Below, piece after piece: positions 40,051 to 49,939 of a stretch of 64,000 nucleotides of DNA. The number at the start of each line of letters is the position of its first letter. Position 1 is the stretch's first letter. Below the pieces are notes generated by a model that was given only the letters and a program-made list of their open reading frames with translations, did not search any database and had not been told where the DNA came from. Both the position numbers and the translations under genes were made by a program. The DNA comes from Clostridia bacterium (GTDB taxonomy: Bacteria; Bacillota; Clostridia; Christensenellales; UBA1242): contig JAZSQZ010000044.1 of the NCBI GenBank assembly GCA_045538175.1, forward strand, positions 5,031-69,030, written 5' to 3'.

Positions 40051-41373
40051 TTAGTCATTTGAATCTATAAAGTTTTCAAGCAAATTTGTTTCTTTAGGTC
40101 CATCAATATCAACAACATCTTTAAGTTTTCTTTGAATTGTTTTTGTTTTCTTTGTCGCATCTTCAATTGTATTTGATGCTTCGTCAATCTTCTTTTGAGT
40201 TTTACCCAAAAGTTCAACAAATTTTGAAAACTCTTGTTTGAAAACTCCAAGTAACTGCCAAATCTCACTTGACCTTTTTTCGATTGCGAGAGTTTTAAAG
40301 CCCATTTGTAAGCTGTTTAGAAGTGCTGTAAGGGTTGAAGGTCCGCAAATCAAAATTCTATATTGTTGTTGTAAAGTTTCAACAAGTGCAGGTCTTCTTG
40401 TGACTTCTGCATATAAACCTTCAACAGGTAAGTAGAGCACAGCAAAGTCTGTTGTTTTTGGAACATCAATATATTTTTCGCAAATTTTCTTTGCTTCTTC
40501 TTTGATTCTCTTTTCGATATTCTTGCTTTGAATTTCTACTTCATCTTTGTTGCCTTCTTCGCTTGCAGTGCAAAGTCTGGAATAATCTTCAAGTGGAAAT
40601 TTTGCATCAATAGGGAGCATAATTGTATCATTATTTTTGCCCGGCATATTGATAACAAAGTCAACACGCTCTGTTGTGTTTTGTTTTATCATAACTTGAG
40701 AAGCGTATTGATTTGGAGATAAAATTTGTTCAAGCAAAGTGCCAAGTTGAACTTCGCCCCAACCACCACGAGTTTTTACATTTGTTAAAACTCTCTTAAG
40801 GTCGCCCATACCTGAAGCAATGTTTTGCATCTCTCCTAAACCTTTTGAAACTGTATCGATACCATTTGTTATAATCTTTACAGATTCGCTAAGACGTTTT
40901 TCTAGGGTAGAACTTAACTTTTCATCAACGGTTTGACGCATTTGTTCAAGTTTCTTTTCGTTGTTTTCTTGTAAACTGTTAAGGTTTTGAGAAATTGTAT
41001 CGATAATTTTATCAAGGCGCTCATTGTTGTTTTTTAAGATTTCGTTTAGCCTGTTTTCAATTGTTACAAGTTGGTTTGCTTGAGTGTTTGTTACGTTGTT
41101 GATACGATTTAAAATATCGTTGTTGTAGTTTGAAACACTTGTTGATAAAAGTTCGTTAAATTGTTTGTAAACGGAAAGTTGATTTTCAAACAAAGTCTTA
41201 AAAGTTTTTTCGTGATTGTCTAACTCTCTTTTAAGTTCATTTATTATTCCGTCCATACCTTCAAAACCCTTAGGCCTTTTGATAAAACTTAAAACCAAAA
41301 GCGAAAGTATGCCGATTGATATAAGCAATAATAATACAAGTAAAATAGTTTCCATAAAACTCCTTTTAGCCAA
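40051..41373 (-). CDS. rmuC: DNA recombination protein RmuC
   Basis: N-terminal TM helix, long coiled coil, and a C-terminal RmuC nuclease-like core (RGGWGEVQL ... DFVINMPG ... IDAKFP ... AVLYLPVEGLY). Overlaps the upstream gene by 8 nt. Confidence 0.85.
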   Translation of the reverse strand: MAKRSFMETILLVLLLLISIGILSLLVLSFIKRPKGFEGMDGIINELKRELDNHEKTFKTLFENQLSVYKQFNELLSTSVSNYNNDILNRINNVTNTQANQLVTIENRLNEILKNNNERLDKIIDTISQNLNSLQENNEKKLEQMRQTVDEKLSSTLEKRLSESVKIITNGIDTVSKGLGEMQNIASGMGDLKRVLTNVKTRGGWGEVQLGTLLEQILSPNQYASQVMIKQNTTERVDFVINMPGKNNDTIMLPIDAKFPLEDYSRLCTASEEGNKDEVEIQSKNIEKRIKEEAKKICEKYIDVPKTTDFAVLYLPVEGLYAEVTRRPALVETLQQQYRILICGPSTLTALLNSLQMGFKTLAIEKRSSEIWQLLGVFKQEFSKFVELLGKTQKKIDEASNTIEDATKKTKTIQRKLKDVVDIDGPKETNLLENFIDSND

Positions 41374-42244
41374 GCGCAGTCATAAAAATTTCTTTAAACT
41401 GACTAAGCGTTGTTTTTTTGATTTTGTTGTAATAGTTATATAAGTCAAATATAAAACTATCCATTGTTTGTTGTCTTTTTGTTGCACTTAATATTTTGTA
41501 TACCGATTTGATATTTTTTAAAACATCGTCATTAAAAATATATTGCCAAGCAGAAATTTTGTCAAGAAACTTTATTCCTGCTTCAAAATTAGATATGTTT
41601 TTATACTTTTTGTTGCAAGTGATAATTTTTGTAAGTTCGTTTAACTTTGTTTTTTGTGATTGTGTCGAAATATTTTTTGCATAAGTTTTTGCACTTAGCA
41701 AAGTCTTCTTTTCAACACTAAAGTTTAATTCACTTGCAAAGCGTGCAAGCCTTAAAATTCTTGCGCCATCGTTCCTTAAGACATAATCTGGGTTTTCGAT
41801 TGTGCGAATTTGTTTTTTGCTTAGGTCGCTTATGCCACCATAAAAATCGATAACTTCGTGAGTGATTAAACTATAGTAAATACAGTTTATTGTAAAGTCA
41901 CGTCTTTTGGCGTCCTGGACAATGTTTGTGTCAAACCTAACATAAGTTGGATTGTGTTTTCCACCTTCGTCGTAGTTTTCTTCTCGAAAAGTGCTGTACT
42001 CGTACACTTCATTTTTGTATCTGATTTCTGCAGTATTTAGTTTTTTGTTTTTTACAACAAGGCTAAACTCTGAGTTTTTTAAAATCTCTTCGACTTCTTT
42101 AAGTGAGCATGACGAGCATATATCTATATCTTTTAAGGGAAGGTTTAAAAGTTTGTTTCTAACATATCCACCTACAACAAATAGGGGAGAGTGGTCGTAG
42201 AAAAGTTTTGCAAGCTCCCTTAATTCTTTCTTTTGTATTCTCAT
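41366..42244 (-). CDS. tRNA nucleotidyltransferase / poly(A) polymerase head-domain family protein (short form)
   Basis: GGYVRNKLLNLPLKDIDI ... RRDFTINCIYY ... RILRLARFA. Confidence 0.7.
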   Translation of the reverse strand: MRIQKKELRELAKLFYDHSPLFVVGGYVRNKLLNLPLKDIDICSSCSLKEVEEILKNSEFSLVVKNKKLNTAEIRYKNEVYEYSTFREENYDEGGKHNPTYVRFDTNIVQDAKRRDFTINCIYYSLITHEVIDFYGGISDLSKKQIRTIENPDYVLRNDGARILRLARFASELNFSVEKKTLLSAKTYAKNISTQSQKTKLNELTKIITCNKKYKNISNFEAGIKFLDKISAWQYIFNDDVLKNIKSVYKILSATKRQQTMDSFIFDLYNYYNKIKKTTLSQFKEIFMTALG

Positions 42245-42315
42245 AGTCTAATTATATCAAAATACAATTTAATTACAAAGAAGAAAATAAAAAAAAGTTA
42301 GGTTTCCCTAACTTT

Positions 42316-43698
42316 TTACATCTCATCTAAGATGTTTGTGATTATTGAATAAGTTTTTACGATTGACGGAATATAAACTTTTTCGCTTGTTGAGTGTACG
42401 TCCATAATCTTTGGTGACAAAACAATAAATTCAAGGTTTGCTATATTGTCTGCAAAAATTCCACCTTCTAAGGAAATATGTTTTGTGCAAACGGTAGGGG
42501 TTATGTTATATAGTTTGTTAAAACCGTTTGTTGCTTTTTTTACAAGTGAGGAATCTATGTTTGTGCTAAAACCTTTTTGCTTGTCAAAAATTTCAAAAAC
42601 AAAACCGAACTTTTCTGCCAAGGCTTGAAGATAGATTATGTTTTCGTCTTCAAGGTCTATGCTGTGACCACGATGACTAATTTTAATTAAGTTTTCATCG
42701 GTGTCAACAGATGATAAATTTTGTGAAAGCAAAATTCCAAATTCGTTTTTCTCTAGGACACCTGTTTTTATGTTGTTTATAAGTGAAACAAGAGATAGTG
42801 AATCTTTAAAACCTATTGTGCTATCAAGTTTTGTAAGTTTAAGTTCAACTTTAAGTGTTGGATAAATTTGTTTTTGTTCAATTGTAAAGTTGTTTAAAAT
42901 TTCTGTAACTTCGTCAAAGTTGTTTTTGCAACAAAATTTTACAACTGTTTGGTTTGGAATAAAGTTAAATTGTTTTCCACCAACAAAACTTTGAATTTCT
43001 AAACCATCTAATTTTTCTAAAAACTTTGCTGTAAGCTTTATTGCGTTGCCAAGGTTTTTATCAATTTGATTTCCTGAGTGGCCACCCTTTAGGCCAGAGA
43101 TGACAAGGGTATATCCATCAACTTGCTTTTCTGTTTTTAAAAAAGTTGTGTGTATTTTCATATCGCAAATACTTGCACAACCCGTGATAATTTCTTCATC
43201 ACTAAAACCGTCCAAACTTATTGCATTTTTTGAATTTATTTTTGAATAATCAAAGTTGATTGCGCCTGTCATTGTGACTTCTTCATCACTTGTAAACAAT
43301 GCTTCGATATCGTAATCGTTATCAGCATCAAGAAGGGATAAGATAATTGCAACACCCAAACCATTGTCTGCACCAAGGGAAGTTTTATGGGCTTTTAAAT
43401 AATCGCCTTCGTATATAAGTTTTATAGGGTCTTTGCTAAAATCAACATCATAATCATCATCTTTTATGCAAACCATATCAGTGTGTGATTGAAGCATAAT
43501 AGGTGAGTGTTTGTTTGAACCTTTTTTAATTAAAACATTGTTGAAGTTATCAACATAATATTCAAAACCATGTTCTTTTGCAAACTTAACAAGCCAATCT
43601 GCAACAGCCTTTTCGCTTCCTGATTGGCGAGGTATTTTTGATAATTCTTCAAAAAAGTATAAAACTTTATTATCCATTTCTTTATCCTTAATTTCCAA
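42316..43698 (-). CDS. pepD: Aminoacyl-histidine (Xaa-His) dipeptidase, M20 family
   Basis: LQSHTDMV ... GADNGLGVAI ... FTSDEEVTMTGA ... GLKGGHSG. Confidence 0.8.
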   Translation of the reverse strand: MEIKDKEMDNKVLYFFEELSKIPRQSGSEKAVADWLVKFAKEHGFEYYVDNFNNVLIKKGSNKHSPIMLQSHTDMVCIKDDDYDVDFSKDPIKLIYEGDYLKAHKTSLGADNGLGVAIILSLLDADNDYDIEALFTSDEEVTMTGAINFDYSKINSKNAISLDGFSDEEIITGCASICDMKIHTTFLKTEKQVDGYTLVISGLKGGHSGNQIDKNLGNAIKLTAKFLEKLDGLEIQSFVGGKQFNFIPNQTVVKFCCKNNFDEVTEILNNFTIEQKQIYPTLKVELKLTKLDSTIGFKDSLSLVSLINNIKTGVLEKNEFGILLSQNLSSVDTDENLIKISHRGHSIDLEDENIIYLQALAEKFGFVFEIFDKQKGFSTNIDSSLVKKATNGFNKLYNITPTVCTKHISLEGGIFADNIANLEFIVLSPKIMDVHSTSEKVYIPSIVKTYSIITNILDEM

Positions 43699-44521
43699 AT
43701 TCTAAATCTGCTAATGGTGTGTTGTAGTTGTTGTTTAAAGTTACAATGCTGTGACCTTCAGTTGAAACAAGTGTGATTCCATCGCCTTGGTTTCCTATAT
43801 CTTGCAAAGTTGCCATCATTGTGTCATATGTATGTTGTTGATTGCCATCAAGTGTAACGTTAAATGGTACTTCTGTTTCTTCGACAGGTGTGTCAAATGA
43901 ACTGTAACCTAAGATTGTAAGGTCAGTATCTTCTGACTCAGGGTTTTCAAGGTAGTGAATACCAACAACGTTAAATGTAGGTGTTCCATCATCTTGCTTA
44001 ACTGAACCTGTTGAACGAAGGTTAGAGAAGTTTTCGCAACTGATTTCAAAACCAGCACCACCGATATGAAGATTTGGATATGCTGCTGAATAATGTTTAA
44101 GTCCTTTTACAACTGCTGTAACAATACGTGGGTTGATACCATTTCCACGGCAATCAGGGTCAACAGCAAGTCCACCCAAGATGTATGAAGTTTTGCCTTC
44201 GTCGTAACTTGGTGTACGGAAGTATTTTGAATCAGGTTCTGATGGTTTTGTGTATGCAACTCCAACAAGTTGGTCTTTATCTTTAAAGTATCCAACAACT
44301 GCTGAATCTGGAGAAGTGATAAGTTCTTCAACTTCTTCACGAGCAACAGGGTGAATAAACTTTTCGTTCTTCTCAGCTTTCAACTTTTCGTAAACCATAC
44401 GATAAAGTTCAACAACGCTATCAATATGTGATGCGTCTAATGCTTGAATATGTCCACCGTTTGATAGGTGAATATTCATTTTTCCACTTTCGTAATTTAT
44501 ATGATCAATTAAATGTCCCAT
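43688..44521 (-). CDS. Hypothetical protein with a GNAT-like acyltransferase core
   Basis: 277 aa. LGGLAVDPDCRGNGINPRIV resembles the GNAT motif A region. Overlaps pepD by 11 nt, so an operon is probable. Confidence 0.5.
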   Translation of the reverse strand: MGHLIDHINYESGKMNIHLSNGGHIQALDASHIDSVVELYRMVYEKLKAEKNEKFIHPVAREEVEELITSPDSAVVGYFKDKDQLVGVAYTKPSEPDSKYFRTPSYDEGKTSYILGGLAVDPDCRGNGINPRIVTAVVKGLKHYSAAYPNLHIGGAGFEISCENFSNLRSTGSVKQDDGTPTFNVVGIHYLENPESEDTDLTILGYSSFDTPVEETEVPFNVTLDGNQQHTYDTMMATLQDIGNQGDGITLVSTEGHSIVTLNNNYNTPLADLEFGN

Positions 44522-44726
44522 TTTAAAAATCCTTTCTTAATTTTGGTATAAAAAAACTAACAGCCCTTTTGCCGTTAGTCTAACCTTCCTTAAGATATAG
44601 TTACAATTTTGTTTAAACTAATCGGCGCAAGTAAAAACTCACTCACCTTTGTGAGTGTTCTTAGTTCCTGCACCTGTTGTTTAATACAAAATTGGTTGTT
44701 TTCATAATTATATTACCTCTAATTAT
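44522..44726 (-). promoter_or_regulatory. ~205-nt structured 5' leader ending in an intrinsic terminator about 15 nt before the RBS (attenuator/riboswitch-like, unclassified)
   Basis: On the minus strand: hairpin CACTCAC-AAAG-GTGAGTG followed by AGUUUUUA (44632-44657), then terminator CTAACGGC-AAAAG-GGCTGTTAG followed by T7 (44550-44580). Confidence 0.4.
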
Positions 44727-44732
44727 GTGTAT

Positions 44733-44761
44733 ATTCTAACAAAAAAAAGGGGGTATGTCAA
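44733..44761 (-). promoter_or_regulatory. Promoter TTGACA-17-TAGAAT driving the leader and the GNAT-like/pepD operon
   Basis: On the plus strand, TGTCAA at 44756-44761 and ATTCTA at 44733-44738 with a 17-nt spacer. Confidence 0.65.
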
Positions 44762-44862
44762 TACTTGTATCAAAAAAACTTGCAAAAAAGGGGCGTTTTT
44801 AACGAAAATAGTTGCTAAAATTGGGGAAAATAAGTAAACTATTATGGTTAGAGGAGAGAATT

Positions 44863-45396
44863 ATGAATATTTGGACAGATATTAGAGATAATCGTATTCA
44901 ACCAGAAGATTTCATCGCTTGTATCGAAATCGAATGTGGTAGCAAAAACAAATACGAATTAGACAAAGAAACAGGACTTATTATCTTAGATAGAGTTTTG
45001 TATACAGCAACTCACTATCCTATGAATTATGGCTTTATTCCAAGGACATATTGCGAAGATAACGATCCACTTGATGTTTTTGTATTGTGCTCTCAACCAA
45101 TCGAAAAAATGAGTTTGGTTAGATGTTACCCTATTGGTGTTATTGAAATGAGAGATAGAGATGCAGAAGACCAAAAAGTTATCGCAATTCCTTTTGGTGA
45201 CCCACAATATAATTCTTACAATGATATTTCAGAATTACCAAAACATATCTTTGACGAACTTAAACACTTCTTGTCAGTTTACAAACAACTCGAAGATAAA
45301 AATGTTGAAGTTCAAGAAATCAATGGCAGAGAAAAAGCTCTTGAAGCAATCGATAGAGCAAAAAAATTATTCTTTGACAGATTCTGCACAAAATAA
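44863..45396 (+). CDS. ppa: Inorganic pyrophosphatase, family I
   Basis: Start at MNIW (RBS GAGGAGAG). EIECGSKNKYELDKETG ... YPMNYGFIP ... DPLDVFVL ... DQKVIA. Confidence 0.9.
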   Translation: MNIWTDIRDNRIQPEDFIACIEIECGSKNKYELDKETGLIILDRVLYTATHYPMNYGFIPRTYCEDNDPLDVFVLCSQPIEKMSLVRCYPIGVIEMRDRDAEDQKVIAIPFGDPQYNSYNDISELPKHIFDELKHFLSVYKQLEDKNVEVQEINGREKALEAIDRAKKLFFDRFCTK

Positions 45397-45403
45397 TCAA
45401 GTA

Positions 45404-45432
45404 AAAAGAAACTGGATTCAGTTTCTTTTTTT
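45404..45432 (+). terminator. Intrinsic terminator after ppa
   Basis: AAGAAACTG-GATT-CAGTTTCTT followed by T5. Confidence 0.8.
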
Positions 45433-45517
45433 ATAATAAAAATAAAAAGTTTGACAGATTGTGTCGTATTTTGTTAAACTGAAAAAAATAAAAAGGGTAA
45501 TGTTAATAGGGGTGAAA

Positions 45518-46585
45518 ATGGGAGAACAAACTATTACAAATACCATAGACACGCAAGAAGTTAAAACTGAAAAAATAAATCAAAGGAGTTGCTGGGTTGA
45601 TACAGCAAAAGCTTTTGGTATTTTTTTAGTTTTTTTAGGACACATTTGGTATTTAAGTGATTTTCCTTTGTTAAATCAAATGATTTATTCTTTTCATGTC
45701 TTGGCTTTCTTTATTTTATCGGGGTATGTTATAAGAAGAAGACAAGAAAAGGGTGGCTTTTTAAAATTTGTTTGGAAAAAATTTAAAAGGCTTTTACTTC
45801 CTGCTATTGTTTGTACTATAATAACACTTCCACTTTATTTTTTAAGTCTAAAAACTTTTTCAACAATAAAAATTTTAAAAAGAATTTTCTTTTGGGAGGG
45901 TTTGGTTGCATACAATGACCCATTGTGGTTTTTAATTGTAATGTTTGAAACAGTTGTTATTGAAAGATTACTTAAGATTAAAGATAAAAATGTTTATATA
46001 AAAGCACTTTACTTTTTTGTATTTATAGTTGCTGGATTTTTAGTTTATAGGTTTGATATTTTCTTGCCGTTTGGTTTAAACAAAATGCTTATATGTCTTG
46101 CATTTTTGGTTTTGGGAATTTTACTTCGTGAACTTATAGATGTTTTAAAAAATAATATAAAAACAATGAATATCTTTTTGATAATAGCATTTGTTGTTTC
46201 GGTAGGATTGTGGTTTCTTTTTGGAGTAGTTTTAAATCCAAAAGCATCTATATATTATATGACCATTGGTAATTATTGGCATTTCTGTTTGTCTGGATTG
46301 TTTGGTTCTGCTTGGTATTTTATAATTTGCTATGGCATCTCAAAGCTTACAAAATTCTTTGAGCGTGTAAGTAAACCAACCATTTTAATTTTAGGCACAC
46401 ATTATATTTTTACAAGAGGTTTTAGGCGAATGGCAACAAGTTACAATTTTGCTTATACTTGGGTTTATAGTGTTACAGCATTTATTTATACCATACTCAT
46501 AATTGCATTATATGTTCTAACTGTTATGGTTATTAAAAAAATAACAAATAAATATAAAATTAAAAAAGAAAAAGAGACTGTTTAA
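45518..46585 (+). CDS. Acyltransferase family 3 (OafA/YrhL-like) membrane protein
   Basis: Start at MGEQT (RBS AGGGGTGA). WVDTAKAFGIFLVFLGH is characteristic. About 10 TM helices. Confidence 0.75.
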   Translation: MGEQTITNTIDTQEVKTEKINQRSCWVDTAKAFGIFLVFLGHIWYLSDFPLLNQMIYSFHVLAFFILSGYVIRRRQEKGGFLKFVWKKFKRLLLPAIVCTIITLPLYFLSLKTFSTIKILKRIFFWEGLVAYNDPLWFLIVMFETVVIERLLKIKDKNVYIKALYFFVFIVAGFLVYRFDIFLPFGLNKMLICLAFLVLGILLRELIDVLKNNIKTMNIFLIIAFVVSVGLWFLFGVVLNPKASIYYMTIGNYWHFCLSGLFGSAWYFIICYGISKLTKFFERVSKPTILILGTHYIFTRGFRRMATSYNFAYTWVYSVTAFIYTILIIALYVLTVMVIKKITNKYKIKKEKETV

Positions 46586-46598
46586 GGTCTCTTTTTTG
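46570..46598. terminator. Bidirectional terminator between the acyltransferase gene and pflB
   Basis: AGAGAC-TGTTTAAG-GTCTCT flanked by A and T runs. Confidence 0.7.
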
Positions 46599-46602
46599 TT
46601 TA

Positions 46603-48831
46603 TTAGAATTTTTCGTGGATTGTTCTTGCGATAACGTCGTCTTGTTGTTCTTTTGTAAGTTTAACAAAGTTAACAGCGTAACCTGATACACGAATTGTAA
46701 GTTGTGGATATTTTTCTGGGTGGTTTTGTGCATCAATTAAAGTTTCTCTGCTGAATACGTTAACGTTTAAGTGGTGACCTCTACTTCTCATATAACCATC
46801 AAGAAGATTTGCAAGGTTAGTGATTTGTCCGTCTAAGTCTTTTCCAAGAGATGAAGGAACAATTGAGAATGTGTTAGAAATTCCGTCTCTTGCGTTTTCG
46901 TATTTTAATTTTGCAACTGATTCAAGAGAAGCAAGTGCGCCACTTGTATCTCTACCTGCCATAGGGTTAGCGCCAGGTGCTAGTGGTTCGCCAGCTTTTC
47001 TTCCATCAGGGGTAGAACCTGTCTTTTTGCCATAAACAACATTTGATGTGATTGTTAAGATACTTGTTGTTGCTTCTGCATTTCTATAAGTTTTGTGGCT
47101 TCTAACTTTGTTCATAAATCTGTTAACAATGTCAACAGCGATTTCGTCAACTCTGTCATCGTTGTTACCATATTTTGGATAGTCGCCTGTGATTTCGTAA
47201 TCAACAACCATACCATCTTCGTCTCTTACAGTTTTAACTTTTGCATATTTAATTGCTGATAAACTATCTGTTGCACAAGAAAGTCCTGCAATACCTGTTG
47301 CGAAGAATCTGTGTACTTTGTTGTCGTGTAAAGCCATTTCTAATGCTTCGTAGCAATATTTATCGTGCATATAGTGGATACAGTTGAGTGTGTCAACATA
47401 AAGTTTAACAAGCCAATCCATCATTTGATCGAATTTTTGCATAACTTCGTCGTAGTCAAGATATTCGCTTGTGATTGCTTCAAACTTAGGTGATACTTGG
47501 TCTTTTGTTTTTTCGTCAACACCACCATTGATAGCGTAAAGCAAGCATTTTGCAAGGTTTGCTCTAGCACCAAAGAATTGCATATCTTTACCAACTCTCA
47601 TACAACTTACGCAGCAAGCGATTGCATAATCGTCGCCCATAAATTCTCTCATAAGGTCATCATTTTCATATTGAATTGCACAAGTTTTGATTGACATCTT
47701 TGCGCAATATCTCTTGAATTTTTCTGGAAGTTGTTGTGACCAAAGAATTGTAAGGTTTGGTTCAGGTGAGTGGCCAAGGTTGTCAAGAGTATGTAAAATT
47801 CTAAAAGCAGTTTTTGTTACAAGTGGTCTGCCATCAAGTGCCATACCACCGATTGCTTCTGTAACCCAAGTTGGGTCGCCTGAGAACAACTTGTTGTATT
47901 CTGGTGTTCTCATAAATTTTACAATTCTAAGTTTCATAACAAAATGGTCGATAAGTTCTTGTGCTTGTTCTTCTGTTAAAGTACCATTTTTTAAGTCCCT
48001 TTCGATATAAATATCAAGGAATGTGCTGTTTCTACCGATAGACATTGCAGCACCGTTTTGATCTTTAACTGCACCAAGGTAACCAAAGTATAAAAATTGA
48101 ACTGCTTCTTGTGCATTTTTTGCAGGTCCAGAAATATCAAAACCATAACTTGCAGCCATTGTTTTAAGGTCGTTTAAAGCTTTGATTTGGTCGCTTGTTT
48201 CTTCTCTTGTTCTAATTGTTTCTTCGCTAAAGTTAGTAACTTCAGATTTTAAGAAAGCCTTTTTGTCTTCGATAAGTCTATTAACACCGTAAAGAGCAAC
48301 TCTACGATAGTCACCAATAATTCTTCCTCTGCCATAAGCATCTGGAAGACCAGTGATGATACCAACGTGTCTTGCTTTTCTCATTTCTTCTGTGTAAACA
48401 TCAAAAACACCTTGGTTGTGAGTTTTACGATATTTTGTGAAAGTTTCTCTTACAGTTGGGTCAATTTCGTATCCGTAGGAAGTAAGTGCACTTTCGCTAG
48501 AACGGATACCACCAAATGTGTATAAGCCTCTTTTAAAAGGTTTGTCTGTTTGTACGCCAACAATCTTTTCTAAGTCTTTGTTTAAGTAACCAGGTCCGTG
48601 GCTTGTGATTGTTGATACGATAGATGTGTCAGCATCTAAAACGCCACCTTTTTCTCTTTCTTGTTGGTTTAATTCGTTTACTTGTTCAACAAGTTTTTTT
48701 GTTGCTTCTGTTGGTTCGCAAAGAAAATTGTCGTCACCTTCGTAAACTGTGTAGTTATTCAATATGAAATCTCTAACGTTGATTTCTTCACACCAACTGC
48801 CTTCTTTAAAATCAATCCATTCTTCTCTCAT
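46603..48831 (-). CDS. pflB: Formate C-acetyltransferase (pyruvate formate-lyase)
   Basis: 742 aa. Active-site ACCVSCM and glycyl-radical motif [11 protein letters not shown] near the C-terminus. Confidence 0.95.
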   Translation of the reverse strand: MREEWIDFKEGSWCEEINVRDFILNNYTVYEGDDNFLCEPTEATKKLVEQVNELNQQEREKGGVLDADTSIVSTITSHGPGYLNKDLEKIVGVQTDKPFKRGLYTFGGIRSSESALTSYGYEIDPTVRETFTKYRKTHNQGVFDVYTEEMRKARHVGIITGLPDAYGRGRIIGDYRRVALYGVNRLIEDKKAFLKSEVTNFSEETIRTREETSDQIKALNDLKTMAASYGFDISGPAKNAQEAVQFLYFGYLGAVKDQNGAAMSIGRNSTFLDIYIERDLKNGTLTEEQAQELIDHFVMKLRIVKFMRTPEYNKLFSGDPTWVTEAIGGMALDGRPLVTKTAFRILHTLDNLGHSPEPNLTILWSQQLPEKFKRYCAKMSIKTCAIQYENDDLMREFMGDDYAIACCVSCMRVGKDMQFFGARANLAKCLLYAINGGVDEKTKDQVSPKFEAITSEYLDYDEVMQKFDQMMDWLVKLYVDTLNCIHYMHDKYCYEALEMALHDNKVHRFFATGIAGLSCATDSLSAIKYAKVKTVRDEDGMVVDYEITGDYPKYGNNDDRVDEIAVDIVNRFMNKVRSHKTYRNAEATTSILTITSNVVYGKKTGSTPDGRKAGEPLAPGANPMAGRDTSGALASLESVAKLKYENARDGISNTFSIVPSSLGKDLDGQITNLANLLDGYMRSRGHHLNVNVFSRETLIDAQNHPEKYPQLTIRVSGYAVNFVKLTKEQQDDVIARTIHEKF

Positions 48832-48837
48832 AATTTT

Positions 48838-49557
48838 TTACCCTTTTAATATTTTATTTGCAAGTTCCACCTGTTCTTTTGTTGGTGGCTCTATGCCTTT
48901 AAGTTTATAGTCTATACCTAACTTTTTGTATTTTTCTACACCATAAGTATGATATGGTAAAATTTCTATGTTCTCTACATTGTTAAGCGTATCAATAAAT
49001 TTTCTTAAACTCTTTAAAGATTCTTCATCATCATTTATTGTAGGAATCAAAACGTGTCTTATCCATACAGGTTTTTTGATTTCGTCTAAGTATCTTGCAA
49101 ACTTTAAGATATTTGCGTTTGGATGCCCTGTAAGTTTTTGGTGATTTTCGCTTGTTATGTGCTTTATGTCAAGCATAACAAGATCCGTAACTTGCATAAG
49201 TTCATCAAACTTTTTCTTGGTTTCTATCGTGTCTGTATATGTGACGCCCGATGTGTCAAGACAAGTATGTATGTTTTCTTCCTTTAATGCACGGAAAAGT
49301 TTTGTTACAAACTCAATTTGCATCAATGGCTCTCCACCAGAAACTGTAACACCGCCTGTTGTACCATAATAATGTTTGTATTTTTTAATCTCAAACATCA
49401 ATTCTTCAATGCTTGTTTCTTTGCCAAAGTTCAAAAGCCAAGTGTCAGGATTGTGACAAAACAAGCATCTCATAGGACAGCCCTGCACAAAAATTACAAA
49501 GCGAATCCCGGGGCCATCAACGGTTCCGAAAGTTTCTATCGAATGAATCTTTCCCAT
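48838..49557 (-). CDS. pflA: Pyruvate formate-lyase activating enzyme (radical SAM)
   Basis: GCPMRCLFCHNPDTW cluster motif, GGVTVSGGEP. Lies immediately upstream of pflB. Confidence 0.95.
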   Translation of the reverse strand: MGKIHSIETFGTVDGPGIRFVIFVQGCPMRCLFCHNPDTWLLNFGKETSIEELMFEIKKYKHYYGTTGGVTVSGGEPLMQIEFVTKLFRALKEENIHTCLDTSGVTYTDTIETKKKFDELMQVTDLVMLDIKHITSENHQKLTGHPNANILKFARYLDEIKKPVWIRHVLIPTINDDEESLKSLRKFIDTLNNVENIEILPYHTYGVEKYKKLGIDYKLKGIEPPTKEQVELANKILKG

Positions 49558-49761
49558 AGAATTTCCCTAAATTTTAGATATATTTTTTTGATGCGAAATC
49601 GACTTTTTTCGCACCGGAATATCTTAACACAAAACAAAATATTTATCAATAGAAAGTTGCCCAAATTTATGATAATTTTTAAATTTTTTTTATAAATTTT
49701 CAACATTAGTATGGTATAAAAAATTTTTAATATGCAAAGTTGATTTTATCAATTTAAGTGA

Positions 49762-49790
49762 TTGCAATTAAAATTTATTTGTGCTATAAT
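49762..49790 (+). promoter_or_regulatory. Promoter TTGCAA-17-(TGTGc)TATAAT for tRNA-Arg(CCU)
   Basis: TTGCAA at 49762-49767 and TATAAT at 49785-49790 with a TRTG extension. Confidence 0.65.
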
Positions 49791-49832
49791 GCCTAAGTCA
49801 AAAACACAAAAAATTAAAAACACCCACAATAT

Positions 49833-49907
49833 GTTCCCGTAGTAAAGTGGATATTACGGTCCCCTCCTAAGGGATTGTCGGCTGTTCGAGTCAGCCCGGG
49901 AACGCCA
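49833..49907 (+). tRNA. tRNA-Arg (anticodon CCT), CCA encoded
   Basis: GTTCCCGTAGTAAAGTGGATATTACGGTCCCCTCCTAAGGGATTGTCGGCTGTTCGAGTCAGCCCGGGAACGCCA. Acceptor stem GTTCCCG/CGGGAAC, anticodon loop CTCCTAA, T-loop TTCGAGT. Confidence 0.9.
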
Positions 49908-49911
49908 AAAC

Positions 49912-49939
49912 AAAAAGACGACTTTTAGCCGTCTTTTTT
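49912..49939. terminator. Bidirectional terminator between the tRNA and the DUF262/DUF1524 gene
   Basis: AAAAGACG-ACTTTTAGC-CGTCTTTT. Confidence 0.7.
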
